The notes under the pieces were generated by a model. That model ran no database searches. It worked only from the letters and a program-made list of their open reading frames with translations, and had not been told where the DNA came from. Below, piece by piece: positions 13,040 to 27,700 of a DNA stretch of 64,000 nt. Source of the stretch: Kudoa neothunni (lineage: Eukaryota; Animalia; Cnidaria); the NCBI GenBank assembly GCA_964304625.1, contig OZ199838.1, positions 8,329,550 through 8,393,549 on the forward strand, given 5' to 3'. The position numbers and the translations under genes are program-made. Each line of letters begins with the position of its first letter. Positions within the stretch are counted from its first letter, which is position 1.

Positions 13040-15748
13040 ATCTATATGGTGTAACCTCGGACTTAGGCCACAATCCATTCTGAGTGTGTTCGAACTCCGA
13101 ATAATTTTTCCCCGTGAAAAATAATGAAAATAAGTTTAATTCATTACTGCTCATCAAATAAATGACTATTTTTATTCCTATTTATTAAAAAACAAGCATT
13201 CCCTGTGTTTATAAAATAGAACAAATAAATATTTAATATAATGATAAAAATTAAATATAGGATGTAACAAAATGTCCGAACTGATATTTGGGTTAAAGTT
13301 TACTTTAGCCGTTATTTGAAACTGCGTTATTAGCATTAAAGGCGGTGGTGCCATAACGTTCTGCTCCCGATCTCGCATAGGTGATTGATGGATTACAACC
13401 TTTATAATCCACATGCTACATAGGTTAAATATTTTTGGGTTGTCAAACGATACAATATATAAGGGGTTCTCTTTTTATGACGTTCGAAAAATTTGATTGA
13501 GCGAATCTTCTAGAATTTCTTTTCTCAACTTTTTATTCCAACTAGATTTGTTCTGAATAACTTTTCTATAAGTGTTCGAACTCAGAGACGTTCGAAATCC
13601 GAGGTTGCACTGTACAGAGATCGCCAAAGTTTTGCATACTCGGCAGGGGTTGGCAAAAATTAATTGCAATCATTACACTTACAAAAACAAGTTTTATTTA
13701 ATATTCAAAAATCCTTAATCGTCGTTTCAGTCTTCTTTTTATATTGAAAATTTAACTGTTACAACATATTTTTTAAATTTGAACATAATGTTTCATTTTT
13801 GACGTATAACAAAAGAATTCTTCAATTAAGCCATTAAGTGACGATAAAATTTTAATATATCTATTTATTCAACAACGAGAAAAGATCGAGAATCCGCGTT
13901 ATAACGTTGTTTTTACATTACCAACCAAAAAAGTTGGAGCGGTTTTGATCTCCATTGAGCTATATAAAAATTGGAAATTCTTAGGTTTTCTCGCGCCGAA
14001 ATTGGTTGGAAGCATGTTTAACTTAATTACGTTCGCTTGTACTTCAAATTTTATTCACTTCATGTATATTCGACATACTATTGCTTATTTATCCACAAAT
14101 AATATTTTTAAGATCATATTAATGCTAATATTAGAATTAAAACTTAAAAATTAGTCAGCAGACGTAAGAATTTTACTCTTTAAAATCGTGATCTTTGTAC
14201 TTTATTGTTCGAAGTCTTTTCACAATTAATTTAATAATAATGAAATATTGAGTGTAAAATTTCAGTTTAAAAAATTGATAAATTCCTATTTTCTCGACAT
14301 CTTGCTCACGCGTAATTTCCTTGTTGTTTACGAAAACCTGAAAATTGTCTTATGATTTGCATATTTTTGCACATCACTTCCTTAAAATAATTTTTTCATT
14401 AAGAAATTAACAGATTAATTACTAATGTGCTCTGTTAACCGAGTGTTATATCAAAATGGAGTTTTTAAGTTTTAAAGACAATTACGACTTTTTTTGGTTA
14501 TTAATGATAACGAATTTTTCTTTGATAGTTTCTTTGAAAAAATTATCTCAGAAATTATCCGATTTAACCAAAAAATTTCAAATGTATTATTTCCTATCCT
14601 AATAAAGCAAAAAATAAATTTTACTAATGTAGTCTCCCTTATATATTCGTTTAAACAGAGCTTTTATGTTAAAGACAAATTTCGGCAATATAAACTCAAA
14701 AACCCCTGGATAAGATTTGTAGCGCTTTGATCAATATATATTGAGGTTCCGACAAAAAGTTATCTTTTCACAAGTTCAGATACTAATAATTAACATAAAT
14801 GTTTATTTTAATTCTGGCTTATTTACATTTATTAAAATAATAAGGTTAAATTTGTTAACATTAAATTATTTTGTTATCAGACCATTAAAAAATTTTTTAG
14901 ATAAATTTCAATTAATCGAAATTAAAATTAATTGATTGCGAGACAAACAATTGATTTTTTTAAATAAAAAGAAAACACTAGGAGAAAAATAACAAAAAAT
15001 ATAATTTCTTACTGACAACATTAGTTTGTACTCACGTATGAAACATGAAATTAACGCATCTCCGATATTTTCCTCACTGGGGGATTCCAATTAAGTTGCC
15101 TCGATCATATGCAAAACCTTGAAATATTTATCCTATAGTTGGATCCTATAACAATATTTTTATATCTCAAGCTGAAAAATTTTTTTAAACATTTATTGGA
15201 TTGTAGAACAATCAATTTTAACTAGCTTGTGTGGTAAACCTACAACGGTGGAATCAAACGGATTTTGAAATGTACATATTTTTGAAAAATGCACATTTCT
15301 ATTTTTTATAACTTCCACTTCAATTAATGGTGCATAAATAATTATCTTATCCAAGTAACATAAAGCAAGTATTAAATCATCCCCCCGCAAAAAGCAAATG
15401 TTATTAAAATATGATATATCGGACGTTGATTTATTTTGTTTAACACATTCAATTTAAAATAAAAATTTAATCAAATAAATTCATTCATTTATTTATTTGA
15501 AAAATTTCTATAAAAATCTGTATCTATGGCAAAATATAAAAACAGGTTCTCAAAATTATCATAGTTTGTTTTTTAGATTATAGTTCACAGCGTTGATGCA
15601 ACATGAATAAATTCGATGAGGGTAACAACAAATTTAGATGTAAACTGTCAAGATAATGCATAAAACTAAAATAACAAGTATAAATATTAAGTCTACAATA
15701 AGTATTCGCATTAAGACTAATTTAAATGGTAGACAGTGATTGGTGTAA

Positions 15749-18700
15749 TTATTCAATTAGTTTTACAATGTTGGCCAAAGTTGCCTCACAAAAACATTTG
15801 GAGGCATTATCAATAACCTAAAAAATAAATTACACATTTTTTTCCTGAAATCGTCCAATAAATGATGTACTTTAAACGAAAGAAGCAGGTCTTCGACAAA
15901 ATTATTATCCAACAATTTTTTGCATTCGATTCTCAACTAAACAATTTCTAAATAAACTGATATATGTATTATAAGGTTACTTTTCTTATAGTTGTTGTCA
16001 ATGCTGCATTATTGGTACCTAGAATTAAATTTAAATTTATTTATTGATATTGATTGAAATAACATACTTTCATTGGAGTGGAAAGTTGAAAGGAAAAACG
16101 TCAGATGAATGTATATTAGGTATAGGGATCGTTCCAAGTTATCTATAATGCACAAACAGTTAGGGTAATCAGCACAGAACCATACAGCAGCACAACCAAC
16201 TAGCGAATTACCTGTCAGCAATGATTTTATTTGGCGATACAACGAGATAAGGTTAGAGAGATATTTCGAGATCAACTGATCTTTTTGAACTGTAGTAGCT
16301 TTTCGAAAATCTTTTAGATTGCCATAAGAACGTAAAATTTTTATGACAATGTTTGATGACAAAAGAGGACTTCTTGAATCAAGTTCGGTAGTGAGTTTAG
16401 TGATGGTATTTTGAATTGATACGATAGCCGAAGCGAACTGAACAACCAAATAGGTGAGCAAACCAACTCCAGCGTTAGCTAAGAATGTAGACGAGAAATA
16501 GAAAAAAAGAATTTAGTTGATAGACTATTACTTGAAAATTGGAAATTTAAATTATTGACTTCTAGTGATGATTCTACGTTGCCGACTCTACCGATTTCCA
16601 CAACATCAAACGCACACAAGGAAGGATAAAGGAGAAATATATTGGCACCGCCGCTGTTAGTAGACATAGTTCGATTAAGAACGATGGATTGGTTATCATT
16701 ATTTAAAGTGTTATCCAGCGTGAGTAACTGGCAAAAATACATAATGACTGAATTTTCCGCACACAGTATGTCCAAAGTTTTCGATGCTAGCCCAATGTCA
16801 CAGTTATCCCACGAGAGTGTGCTGAGATTGGTACTGACGCCAAAATCAACATTGGAAAGAGAACAAATTTTTTGGAACATTTTAGAAGATGAGTAACAGG
16901 TTAAAAGATGAAGAAGAATATTCTTAATTTTAATACTAAAGCAGATATTACCACCAACCAGCATCGATTGAGTAGGTCCGTTGTCGGTTGGATAGCAGCC
17001 ACTATTGTTCAAATAGAATTTGGATATGGTAGATAGAATTTCGACTAAACATCCAGCTAGTTGTTGTTTTAACCATTCGCCTTGATCAAAGCTGGTAAAA
17101 TTATCATCAAAAATTCCATCAGACACCGAGTCCACCAAAATATCCACCACAGATTCTCTATGTCTTTCAAACAAATCCAATACAGATGGTATAACATTTG
17201 TGACATTATAGGTATCAGTTGTCACAATATTCCTTATCACTCTGAAAAATGGAAGCAGTATTTTAATTTCAAGTTTGAGATTATTGAAGAGAGCAGGACT
17301 GTTGCTGAAAATAAAACGAGGTTTTTGCTGAAAAATTTTCAAAGAGGATTTATTATGGTAGTTCAAATGGGGAAAATGCTGAATAAGTTTTATAATGAGG
17401 CCACTATCGCAAAGATATTTGATACCAATGGCGGTTGAAGAGAAACAATTCAAGAAAAACATTACACTTTGGTAGAGACGACAAAAAACAACACTCTCCT
17501 CTGGTAAAGTACACACAGAGGTAGGATTGTATCGAAGGTAATTTTTGTGGGTTGGCTCACACACAAAATTCACAACATTGTCAACAAACTTAGCCTGTGA
17601 CATGTTAAACAACCAAATATGTTTGTTTTTGAACAACGAAAATCCATTAGATAAAAATGTAATAGCCAAAGTTTGGGTGATATCCGCATTGGTACCACTA
17701 AAGGCATCATGTATCACAACATCAATACAATTGAAATGAGATATTGTATTGAGTGATAACTGGAGACTTTTTTTGTAGACGGCAGCTATTCTCGACTTGG
17801 TATTATCGTGCTGTTGATCGGTATTGCTTTCATCATTTTTTAACATGAAACTGATACTGTCTTTATACAAATGATCAACAGAAGAGCACGATGAGACGAT
17901 CGTCAAGTAGATCTCAATAAGTATCAGCATAGTTGCATAAACGTAGGAGCTAGCGTGCAAATGTTCATTTTGTGAAGTACTAACAATTGTGGTCTTGGAT
18001 TTGAGGAAGGATGTACAATAACCGAACAATAATTCCAAATGCTCACAGCTATAAAAATTGGGAAAATTTTCAAGAGTGTACATATCGATAAGGCCAAATA
18101 CAAACTTCACAACTTTGTAAATGCAATAACTAAGGGTAACCACTATATCGTTGTTTGAGGCAAATATGCTGTTGCGTGCTTTATCCAAAATAATCGATAC
18201 TAACTGTTGCAACTTCTTCACAACTAGTAAACAGTTTGATTCATCAAAATAATTAGTGGCATTATACAACGAATCCAAAACTTTTACAATACTCTTTAGG
18301 CAGATAGAGCGCATAAAATCAAGACGTTGAATTTGGTTGGTATCAACAATCCATTGAAGAATAATACAAACATCGGAGTGAAGAGTAGTTGATGAAAACT
18401 TGGAAAATTTATGCAATGTTATAAATGTGGACAACATTTGGGAAGCATTATTCTCGTCGAAGTAAACCACATCTGTTTTCGGAATTCGATCACACAAGTA
18501 GTATTCGGGGAGAGTGGACGATCTTGATATAGTGGATATTAGCTTTTCGAGATCGCCATTCGAAAAACATTTGAATGCTTTGGCAAATTGAGGCCTGTCC
18601 AACACTTCGATGGGAACCGATTCCAACAAATATGGAAGAATAGCATCATTATCCTTTAACGTATAATCAAATATGGAGGCGATTCGTTGTCTATTGTTTT

Positions 18701-21700
18701 GTTTAATCGATATATCAAAATCAGTACAAGTGAATTCCATCACAAGTACCATGTATTCGATGAGAATAAACGATGAGGGGTGGTTTTTCAATGCATCCAG
18801 AACGTCAAGGAAATAGTCCATTTTTGGTTTAGGCATGTAGAAAAAATTATACTGCCGTAGATACTTCATTAGAAGTAAGCCGTAACTAGGATGTCTAATG
18901 TTGATGTAGAATATTCGTAATATCATCATTTCCGTCTCGAGTGGAAGTTTAATGTTTGATTGTTCTCTATAGATGTATATTTTTTCGAGAATGTGTATCA
19001 ATTTTTTGAGAATGTGAGATCTATCATAAAAACCCTCCGATCCAATGATATCCATCGTAGTTGTGTTATTTTTGACGCTATTCATAACGGACATATTGTA
19101 TATATTTTTAAGATGGAAAAATTCCATTGAGGATTTTATTCCAAACAGAAGAACATGTGCGATGGTGAATTTGTTGGAAGTTAAGGTCATTTTGAATAGT
19201 AATTCTAAAATAACGCGGGTTGTGGTGGTGTTTTTGGATGAGAACAAAACTTTATGTGGCTGTTTTAAATTCAGGTCCAAAGTGTTTGTTTGAGCATTGT
19301 TAGATTGCGGCGATTGAGTGTCGTCAACAATAACAGAAATCTCTTCGCTAATTCGAAAAGAAAATCCAAGAACTAGTTTCGAAACTTGAGACTCATCCGA
19401 AGTGTACAGACTGACCAGATGTGTTTGGATTTCGGCTTGATTTTGAATATTTTCATTGAGAAGAAACATTAACGCCCCACACACAATGTCATCAGGTAGA
19501 AGCTTATTACAACAGATATCAACCAACGAACGAAGTACATCAAATTGTTTGTCGTCAGCCAAAGAAAACAATAACGCGGAAAACTTTCTCGGTGGCAACG
19601 ACAAGCGTGATTCCGATATCACTTGCGAGATTATAGATTCACAATCAAATATGTAACCAAATATGTGGAAACAATGACGAATAACATCACAGTAATAAGT
19701 GAAATATTCGTGTTGACGATTGATATTCTCTAGTATTCCAGTATTGTAAACAAAAAGATAACAAAACGACCTAATAACTGAACTATCGCTAAGCAATTTA
19801 AACAAAAGCGAATAGAGACATGCATCCGAGTACGGCAGGTCGATATCGCTCACTAATTTACTACTGCACATAGTATTGGCATTGAAGTAGGCCATATTTG
19901 ATAGAATCGTTTTCAAATATGGCACTTTTAATTGATAATAACTAAGCACATCACGTATCAATCCAAAACATCCAAAAACATAATGTATCTGCTGGAGTTC
20001 ACTTTTAAAACTATAGAGCTTACAGTTCGGAAACATCTTCTCCAAGAATAGTACATATATCTCGTAGAATAGTCTTGACTGGTCAAGAGGAGCACTATCA
20101 CATTGAGTATTCCAACCTATCCAAAATCGTAAGAACGAAATTATTTCTGTTACAAATTTGTAACTGCCACTAAGACTAACAGTTATATTCTGTTTGATTG
20201 ATTTGTAAAGGCGCAACTGAGTGGATGGTTCATGTAACAACTCAAACACTATCATGGCACATTTATCGTTTCGTGAAAATAAACGAAACAACACCAATAT
20301 TTTTGTCTGTATTTTAACAGAGTTGGAATTGAAATACAAAGCTATAAGGTCAAGAAGAAATGTGTGTTCCACACTTTCCACAACATCAAAAAATAGCTGA
20401 CAGTTGTACGAAAATAGGTTGCACAGTAGTTTGAGAAAACTGTTCACCACAAAATAATCAAAGGTACACAATAATTGTGAGGTGCAATTTTGTGATTTGA
20501 TGGATTCCCATTGAATCAATGTGGACGAAATAGTAACAGAAACTTGTTTCCCTTGCAACAACTTATTGATAATATCAATGAAAATGTCAATATTGAAAAC
20601 ATTGCTTATGGTTGCATTTTCGTATACCACCTCATGGTTTTCCATTAGTGAACTTAAATGCATAGCGGTGGTTTCGTTATAACAGAGGCGATTGAGCACC
20701 TTAGCACACACCCCATAAACTTCTCCAGAATTTACATATTGAGCAAGATTGACAATAAATTCCGACAAAGGATTCTATATGAGAATTAGTCATTCTTGAT
20801 AGTGATAAAAAAATTGTTAATCGATTATATGAACGTATTTGTTGAGTATAAATAAAGATATTTCCCAAATTAATTAATAATACAAATGCCTTCCTCAAAA
20901 AAGAAAAATTAAAGAGAATTACAATGAAGTCTTAAATTTAAAATCGAAATTTAAAAGAAAAGAATTAAACCGACTAGTTAATATTTTGGTGTTGAGTACG
21001 TGTGCGTAGTAAAATAATGAATTTGTAAAACTCAGTTGGATACTTCGAGTAATTATTATGAAATTAATAAAAATAAAAAATAATTTGATCATATTTGTAC
21101 ATATATATTTGTAAATGTGAATTATTGAGTGAAATAAACGTTAATATCAATATGACCAAGAGAGTAAATAAATAACGTGATATAATTTCAACTTATATGA
21201 CAAAGTATCTGACGCCTTAATTACAGACCGACGTTCGTTTGTAAAAAATGCATATATTTGGGTTTGTACGCAATTTTGTTTAAAATTTTATTATTTTCGC
21301 TTTTGATTCGTGTTTCATATCAGATTTTTGGCTTGAAGAGTATTCATGTTCACACGAATGCATATTGTTTGTTTTTTTAATAGGCAATTCTTTGATAGAA
21401 AATAAAAAATTGGCATTACAATCACAAAACGTCATTGGTCGTATTAATATAAAATATGGCACGATTAACATCAAATGGATTAATATAGACAAAAGTTAAT
21501 GATGAACAAATTAGTATCTCTTCCATGTGCAATGTAAGCAATAAAAAGGTTGAGTATTCTAATCTGACGGATGAAATAAATTCGAATGTATCTGATAAAA
21601 TGATTATCCTATGAAATAATTTCTGCACATAAAAAAATAAAAACTTAAGTCGTTCTAATTATTATGAGATGGAAAAATACTTTAACACAATTTTATGAGG

Positions 21701-24700
21701 GTTGGGCAACTCTCATGAGAATTAAAATTTTCGAATACAAATGATTGACTAAATTAGTCATTAAAAAATCTAAAGAATGCAACCTTGGGCTACAAATTCC
21801 ATACAACAAATTGTTCATTTATTTGACGAAAATTAATAAATAAGTGGATTTCAGCACATCGCCTGAATCAACGGAGACGAATATTCGAGTATTTTATTAA
21901 TATCTCTGTGACGATACGATTGAAATGTATGTGGTAAGTTAAAATTAAATAAGAATTTTAAATGGCAGTGTCTGTTTTGCCGGACGCAATTTTTCTGCTA
22001 GAATCATAATTCAATCATTATCATTTTTTCCAAAAAATATCTGTTATAAATGCAGAATATAAATTTAGTTTCATTTAAGTTTTAGTTGGCAGTTAGATAT
22101 CCAAATGCATCGAGGATATTCTTAATTCTCGTTGAGTATCAATACGAAATGCTTTAAGTTTTCGATGAATCAGTGTATATTTCTCCAATAACGCTAATTA
22201 TGTGTAGTATAACGCCATAAACGAGTGAAACAACCTTTAAAATAAAACTGTAACGTTGATAATACCGAGTTCAATCATTACGGGAGGAGAATCTGGCCAA
22301 ACGCTACTTATGCAAGATATTATACCAGACCTAGAGGTCGGTGATGCATTCCCGAGCTTTGGAAAGGCTAAAGAATCAATGAATACGTACTAAAAGCGGG
22401 AGCATTTTGTTACTGAGTCGGATATTTCATAACATTTTCAACAATAGAAGTTTTGCAATGGATTTGTTAGTTTATTTATCAAGTATGAGGACTGAGTGGG
22501 AGCGAGGGTAAAATAGTTAGAGAGTTAACAACACAAACTGTTGAAAAATTAAACTCAGACATTACCATAAGACATAACACATCATTAATATTATATGCAT
22601 ACAATATTATGTAAGTTCAAATAGATGATTAAATCGAATCATGTTCCAACAGTTGCACATGCTGTTTCTACATAAGTATAAAGATACCATGTAGACATAT
22701 TATCTCTATTAGAAAGAAAATAAATATGGATTTATAATAAGACAAAAAATATGTAATATGACGTGACACAAGAAATATTACATATCATTTATTCAAATAA
22801 TCAAAGATATACATATTCAGAATCATTTGTGGTGTGTGTAGACAGCAACCATCGAAATCTCAAGTTAAGGCTATGCTCCGAATTCTACATCTATGCGATA
22901 TAGGAAGCTAAAATTCTCTGTAAGAAAATAACATCATTAAGTCCTAAACAAACAGGACTTAATATGATTTAGTAAACGATATTTTTGATTAATTATTCTT
23001 GCTCATTTTCAATAGGAATTCTTTGAATAAGGTATATCAGCTTTTACACTATTCATATATCAACATAATTTAGTCCAAATTAACGTCTGAATCTATTATC
23101 AGCAACAATCAAGAAATTTTGGATCCAAAACGTAATGAGAGTGTCTAGTATAATTTTTATTTACATTTCATTACTGAGGAATCATGAACGGAGCGGGTGG
23201 GCATACAAGAAGCAGTTCGAGATAACGACACATCATAAATAACTGATATGGAAATCTTAGATATTGTGAATGATTCTACAGTTAAATATCAATCTTTGAT
23301 GTTTATGTGAATTTCATCCATGTTGCCAAATTCACAAAATTATAGGAATAACGTTGAGAAGTAGACCAAAAGGTGTGTTACAAACAGTTATAGATTTTGG
23401 CAACAATTATTTGTATTATAACGATAATAATATAACAATAAAGTCGATATATAGGATTCAAACATAAGTTTATATGAAATTACACAGTACGAATTTTTTA
23501 AAAATTAAAAAGTAGAAAATTCAATATTTTATTAAATTTTAGTGATGTATAAATCATTTCGTGGTAATATTTATCTTGTTGTAAGAATTGTAAAAAGTGA
23601 ATGGGTCAAATAGTTATGTTAAAATACGTCCTTGAACTAATGAAACTAAATTTATATTCTGCACTTATAACAGATATTTTTTAGAAAAAATAATAATTAT
23701 TGAATTATTATTCTAGGATAAAAATCGCGTCCGGCGAAATAGACGCAGCCATTTAAAATTTATTACGTTTCTTTAAATAAATAATTATTTAATTTACAAA
23801 TGAATACTAATTTACACGGGGAATTATAATTAGCCTAATATGACCACTAAATATCTTTGATGTCTAACTAGTTGATCCGGGGATTTTTGAAGTAGCGGGA
23901 ACGGGGATAATATTCTATTACTTAAAATATATACATTTTAAATTTTTTTAAGATCAAGTGAAATTCAGTCAAATAACATACTGTCTCATTTTTGTATCCC
24001 CCCGTTGGTGTTGTCCAAAATTCGTCAATAAACTTGTATTGACTATAATGTAGATTTTTGTAGACAGTTGTTATCTAAAAATAATAATTCTGAAAGAAAA
24101 CAGTCTTTCTACATACCATTAATAGAAAAGACAAGATAAAAGGTCGATCATATTCAAAACAAAGCTCAGCATGTGCCTCATTGAAATTTAAAGTCCAAAG
24201 TTTTCTCACCTATAAAAATAATACAAATGAAAATAAGTTTTGCAAATTTTACACGACAAATTCATGATTAGAATAAAAATAGCTGTTCTTATGTAAAATA
24301 TTTAAATGAATTCAGCTTTGAAGATAATTTTTAACTATTAGTAAAAAGGATTTCCTTCAATAACTACTCTAGATAAATATGCCGAATTCTAAAATTCGAA
24401 GCTCCTTTCTAGTTAGAACAAGTTCTTTTTGTGAAAAAAATCATGTCGTGCGCTTTTTTTGTAAATTGGCGCTCAAAAATAGACTTATCCAATAAAGTAG
24501 TAATTAAAAACTATAATAAATGGTTAATAAAAACGAATCTAGTTTTATTATTAGCATACATTAAAAACCGCGTGATTCTAACGGGGAGTATTATAGTAGC
24601 CCAACAATCACCCCGTATATAATATACGTATTATATAATTAATCAAATATTTGCACCGAATAATCAGTAGGGAGGCTAGAGTTTACCGTTAAATGATAGA

Positions 24701-27700
24701 TACTGAATCATACGTACAGCAAACATGACTATTACTTATTATTGCGTAGGAAACACATCAAAGACGATTCATTCTTTATTGAAAGAATGATAAAATAAAT
24801 AACAACTAAACGGCTGGAAAAATGAAACGCGTAGAAAATAAAAAATTATTACCGACTTTAAAAGAACGAATACGTTAATATAGAATCATCAAAAATTCAA
24901 TATTCACCATTTTTACGTCGAAAGAAAACAGAGAAAATTTTGAAAATTTAAACTTAAGTTACATTCGATAAATAAATTTCTTTCATTAAAAATATATCCA
25001 AAAAATATAGAAAAATAAAAATGAATAATTTCCAATTCAAATTTATTAATTATTATGTAAATTTTGAAATACACCGGCGCATCTTTTACGGATAATTCAT
25101 CCACAATCATCTTTGGGAATTACACATTTAATTTTCCGAGTGCTTTTGGGGGTCTATTAGACCCCAAGCCATATTAAAGATTAGTTTTTGACCCTTTCCA
25201 ATTATCTAAATTTTCTAAAACTCGGTCTATTCTTATAAAATTTATTACACTGTATGCTTGCCAAATAAGTTTTAATTATCATTATTTTATGTATAAAATT
25301 ATGAAAAAATAGAATTGAGAATATTAGCAAAATCCATAGACAAAAGAAAGATGAAAATGAAATATACTTGCCAGTGAGTTTATACAATTATACACGAACC
25401 GCGCTTATTATGAAAATTTGTCTTCATGGAAGCCTTTAACGAAATATATTCCGCCGATTATAATTCCTACTTCAGCGAAATCATTGATTCGTCTGATTTT
25501 ATTGATTCTGTCACTGATGTATCTGAATATGATGACAATAACCTTATCTGGACAGCAGAAGCTTGATAAATCTCCAAAATACTAAAAGGAAACTTTTTAC
25601 GTAAGGCCTCTAGCCTTACGAATGTTGCAGCTCAGAGAATCTTTCATATAACGGATTTTTGACATATTTTTGGATGGCAATTTTTACAGTAATGTTGCGT
25701 GTAACGCCAATATGTTTGACTTTCAATATTATAATCATTGCTGCAAAGTGCTTCCAGCTATTGAAAATGGTTCTTACCATGGTTGGAACACTTAGAGTTA
25801 ATAAGAGAAATGTTCCTCGTATAATTAAAAAAATAAAACAAGAGAGTCATTCAGCACACTTTTTCTGTATAATGAAAAGAAAACTCTAGCCTCTCAAGTC
25901 CCTACAATAATAAGGATCTGTTAATTAGCCAATTCAACAGCTTATACAAATATATTGAACGTTGAAAAAAAGAAGCCAGGTAGCATCAATTATTATAACA
26001 AAATTAAATGAGCTATTGATACGATCGATGGGAATTTGACCTCCACAAGCTTAAAAAGATATTCCATACGCTGGTCAGCGTATATTTTTTATAATATAGA
26101 CATAAATCTCTTAAACGCGTTTTGTTTATACAAAATCATATTCAATGATGGAAGAATCAAATAAGACTAATCCTTAGAGAATCTTGCTTGCACGTTCCAT
26201 TCCTTCAGCAATTCCTTGGCGCTAAATTTGTACCTAAGTTAGGAGCAGGGAATCCAAATAGCACCAGTATTGTTCCAAAAAATCCCGTAAACAATGTGCT
26301 GTAAGCCCAAGAAATAGTGATCGTAACACAATGCGTATGTGTTGTATGTAAGAAACATTGCTGCGAAGAACATTCCTAATGTGCTTGTTTTAACATTTTA
26401 TTCGCCACAAATAAATGTCTAGGTTACATTATAATTTTCATATTTTTGAGCGATGAGATTTCTGCTTTGACATACATAAATTGTTGATTAGAGGCAGAGC
26501 ATCGATTTTATTGTAGATCTGATATAAATAAAGATACTACCGTTCCTTTCAACTCACAGACAATAATAGGAAAGGTTACAGAAAGCAAATTTTAACTTTT
26601 GCATTAGTATATGCGTTTAAGTTGGACGTTGGAGATCTTGTTAGTTCATTTTGTTGATAACTATTTTGCTGTACCGTAAAGTTTTAATCTAATTATTGTA
26701 TATGAGATAATTTATAAAGCATTATTTTAAATATTTTTAAAAGTTAATATTAAATAATATTTCGTAAGAACTTATTTAACAAGAATATATAGCCCTTAAT
26801 ATTGTTCGATTGGTATTGGAAAACTTTGCCGATCATGTTTTTTTCAAATCTTGTGCGATTTTATCAATAGAATTTTTTTATTTTTGAATGATGAAGTTCT
26901 AAAAATTATTTAGATTCATAATATTAAATAAAAAAGTGGGGTCTAATAGACTCCAAAAGCACTAAGTGTATACAGTAGTTAACCGATTTTTCGCACATTT
27001 TTCCTCCTTTAATCTTATTTTTGCTCCGATGAGCATGCGATAGAAATAATTTTCCTTTAGTTAGATGGCAAATTTGTATAATGTATGTATATTTTCCGTC
27101 TCATTCTCCTTAAACCGTCTTTGATAAATGTACATATTGCTTTACGATAATTTAGGTTTCCGCATGGATACAAATCCCGTTTACAAACATCTACTGGCTA
27201 CTTTACTCTATCGTGCAATTTCGCATATTTACTGAGGGTATTCTGCGTCAAGAGAAAAACGAGAATTAGAATAATATAATGATTCTAATTTTAATAGACG
27301 TAACCATATTAACAATAATTTATGTAAAAGTATTGACGAGAATTCTTTTTTTCTTAGTGTACATGTCGCACGTCCTATAATTTAGATTGGTTCATAAGGG
27401 CCCTTAATTATACTATAAACTGAATGTAATATATTATTTAATAGTATAGTTTAAATAAAATGAGGGTAGAATAATATCGTTGTATAAATTTGTAGGGACA
27501 AACTTAATTTTTCCCTGTGATGCGCGCATAAAAAGTGCGAAAAATCAGTCGTGACCCATTTTTCACACATTTTTGGCGGCCCCAAGGAGATTACGAAACA
27601 TCGGTTACCTAATATAGTCGATTTTGAAGCGCTTGGATAGTTAAACCAAACAGGAAACAGCCGAGGCGAATTTTCTCCGGCTGCGCACGCAAAATGGCGT

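Noticed and set aside
14908-15560. Possible additional minus-strand gene downstream of NUP205
   Set aside because: Exon-like pieces contain stops and frameshifts with no confidently recognisable domain; at most a pseudogene.
16642-19656. Plus-strand ORFs overlapping NUP205 (similar cases over the SLCO, RT and integrase ORFs)
   Set aside because: Short antisense shadows of long coding exons with no motifs.
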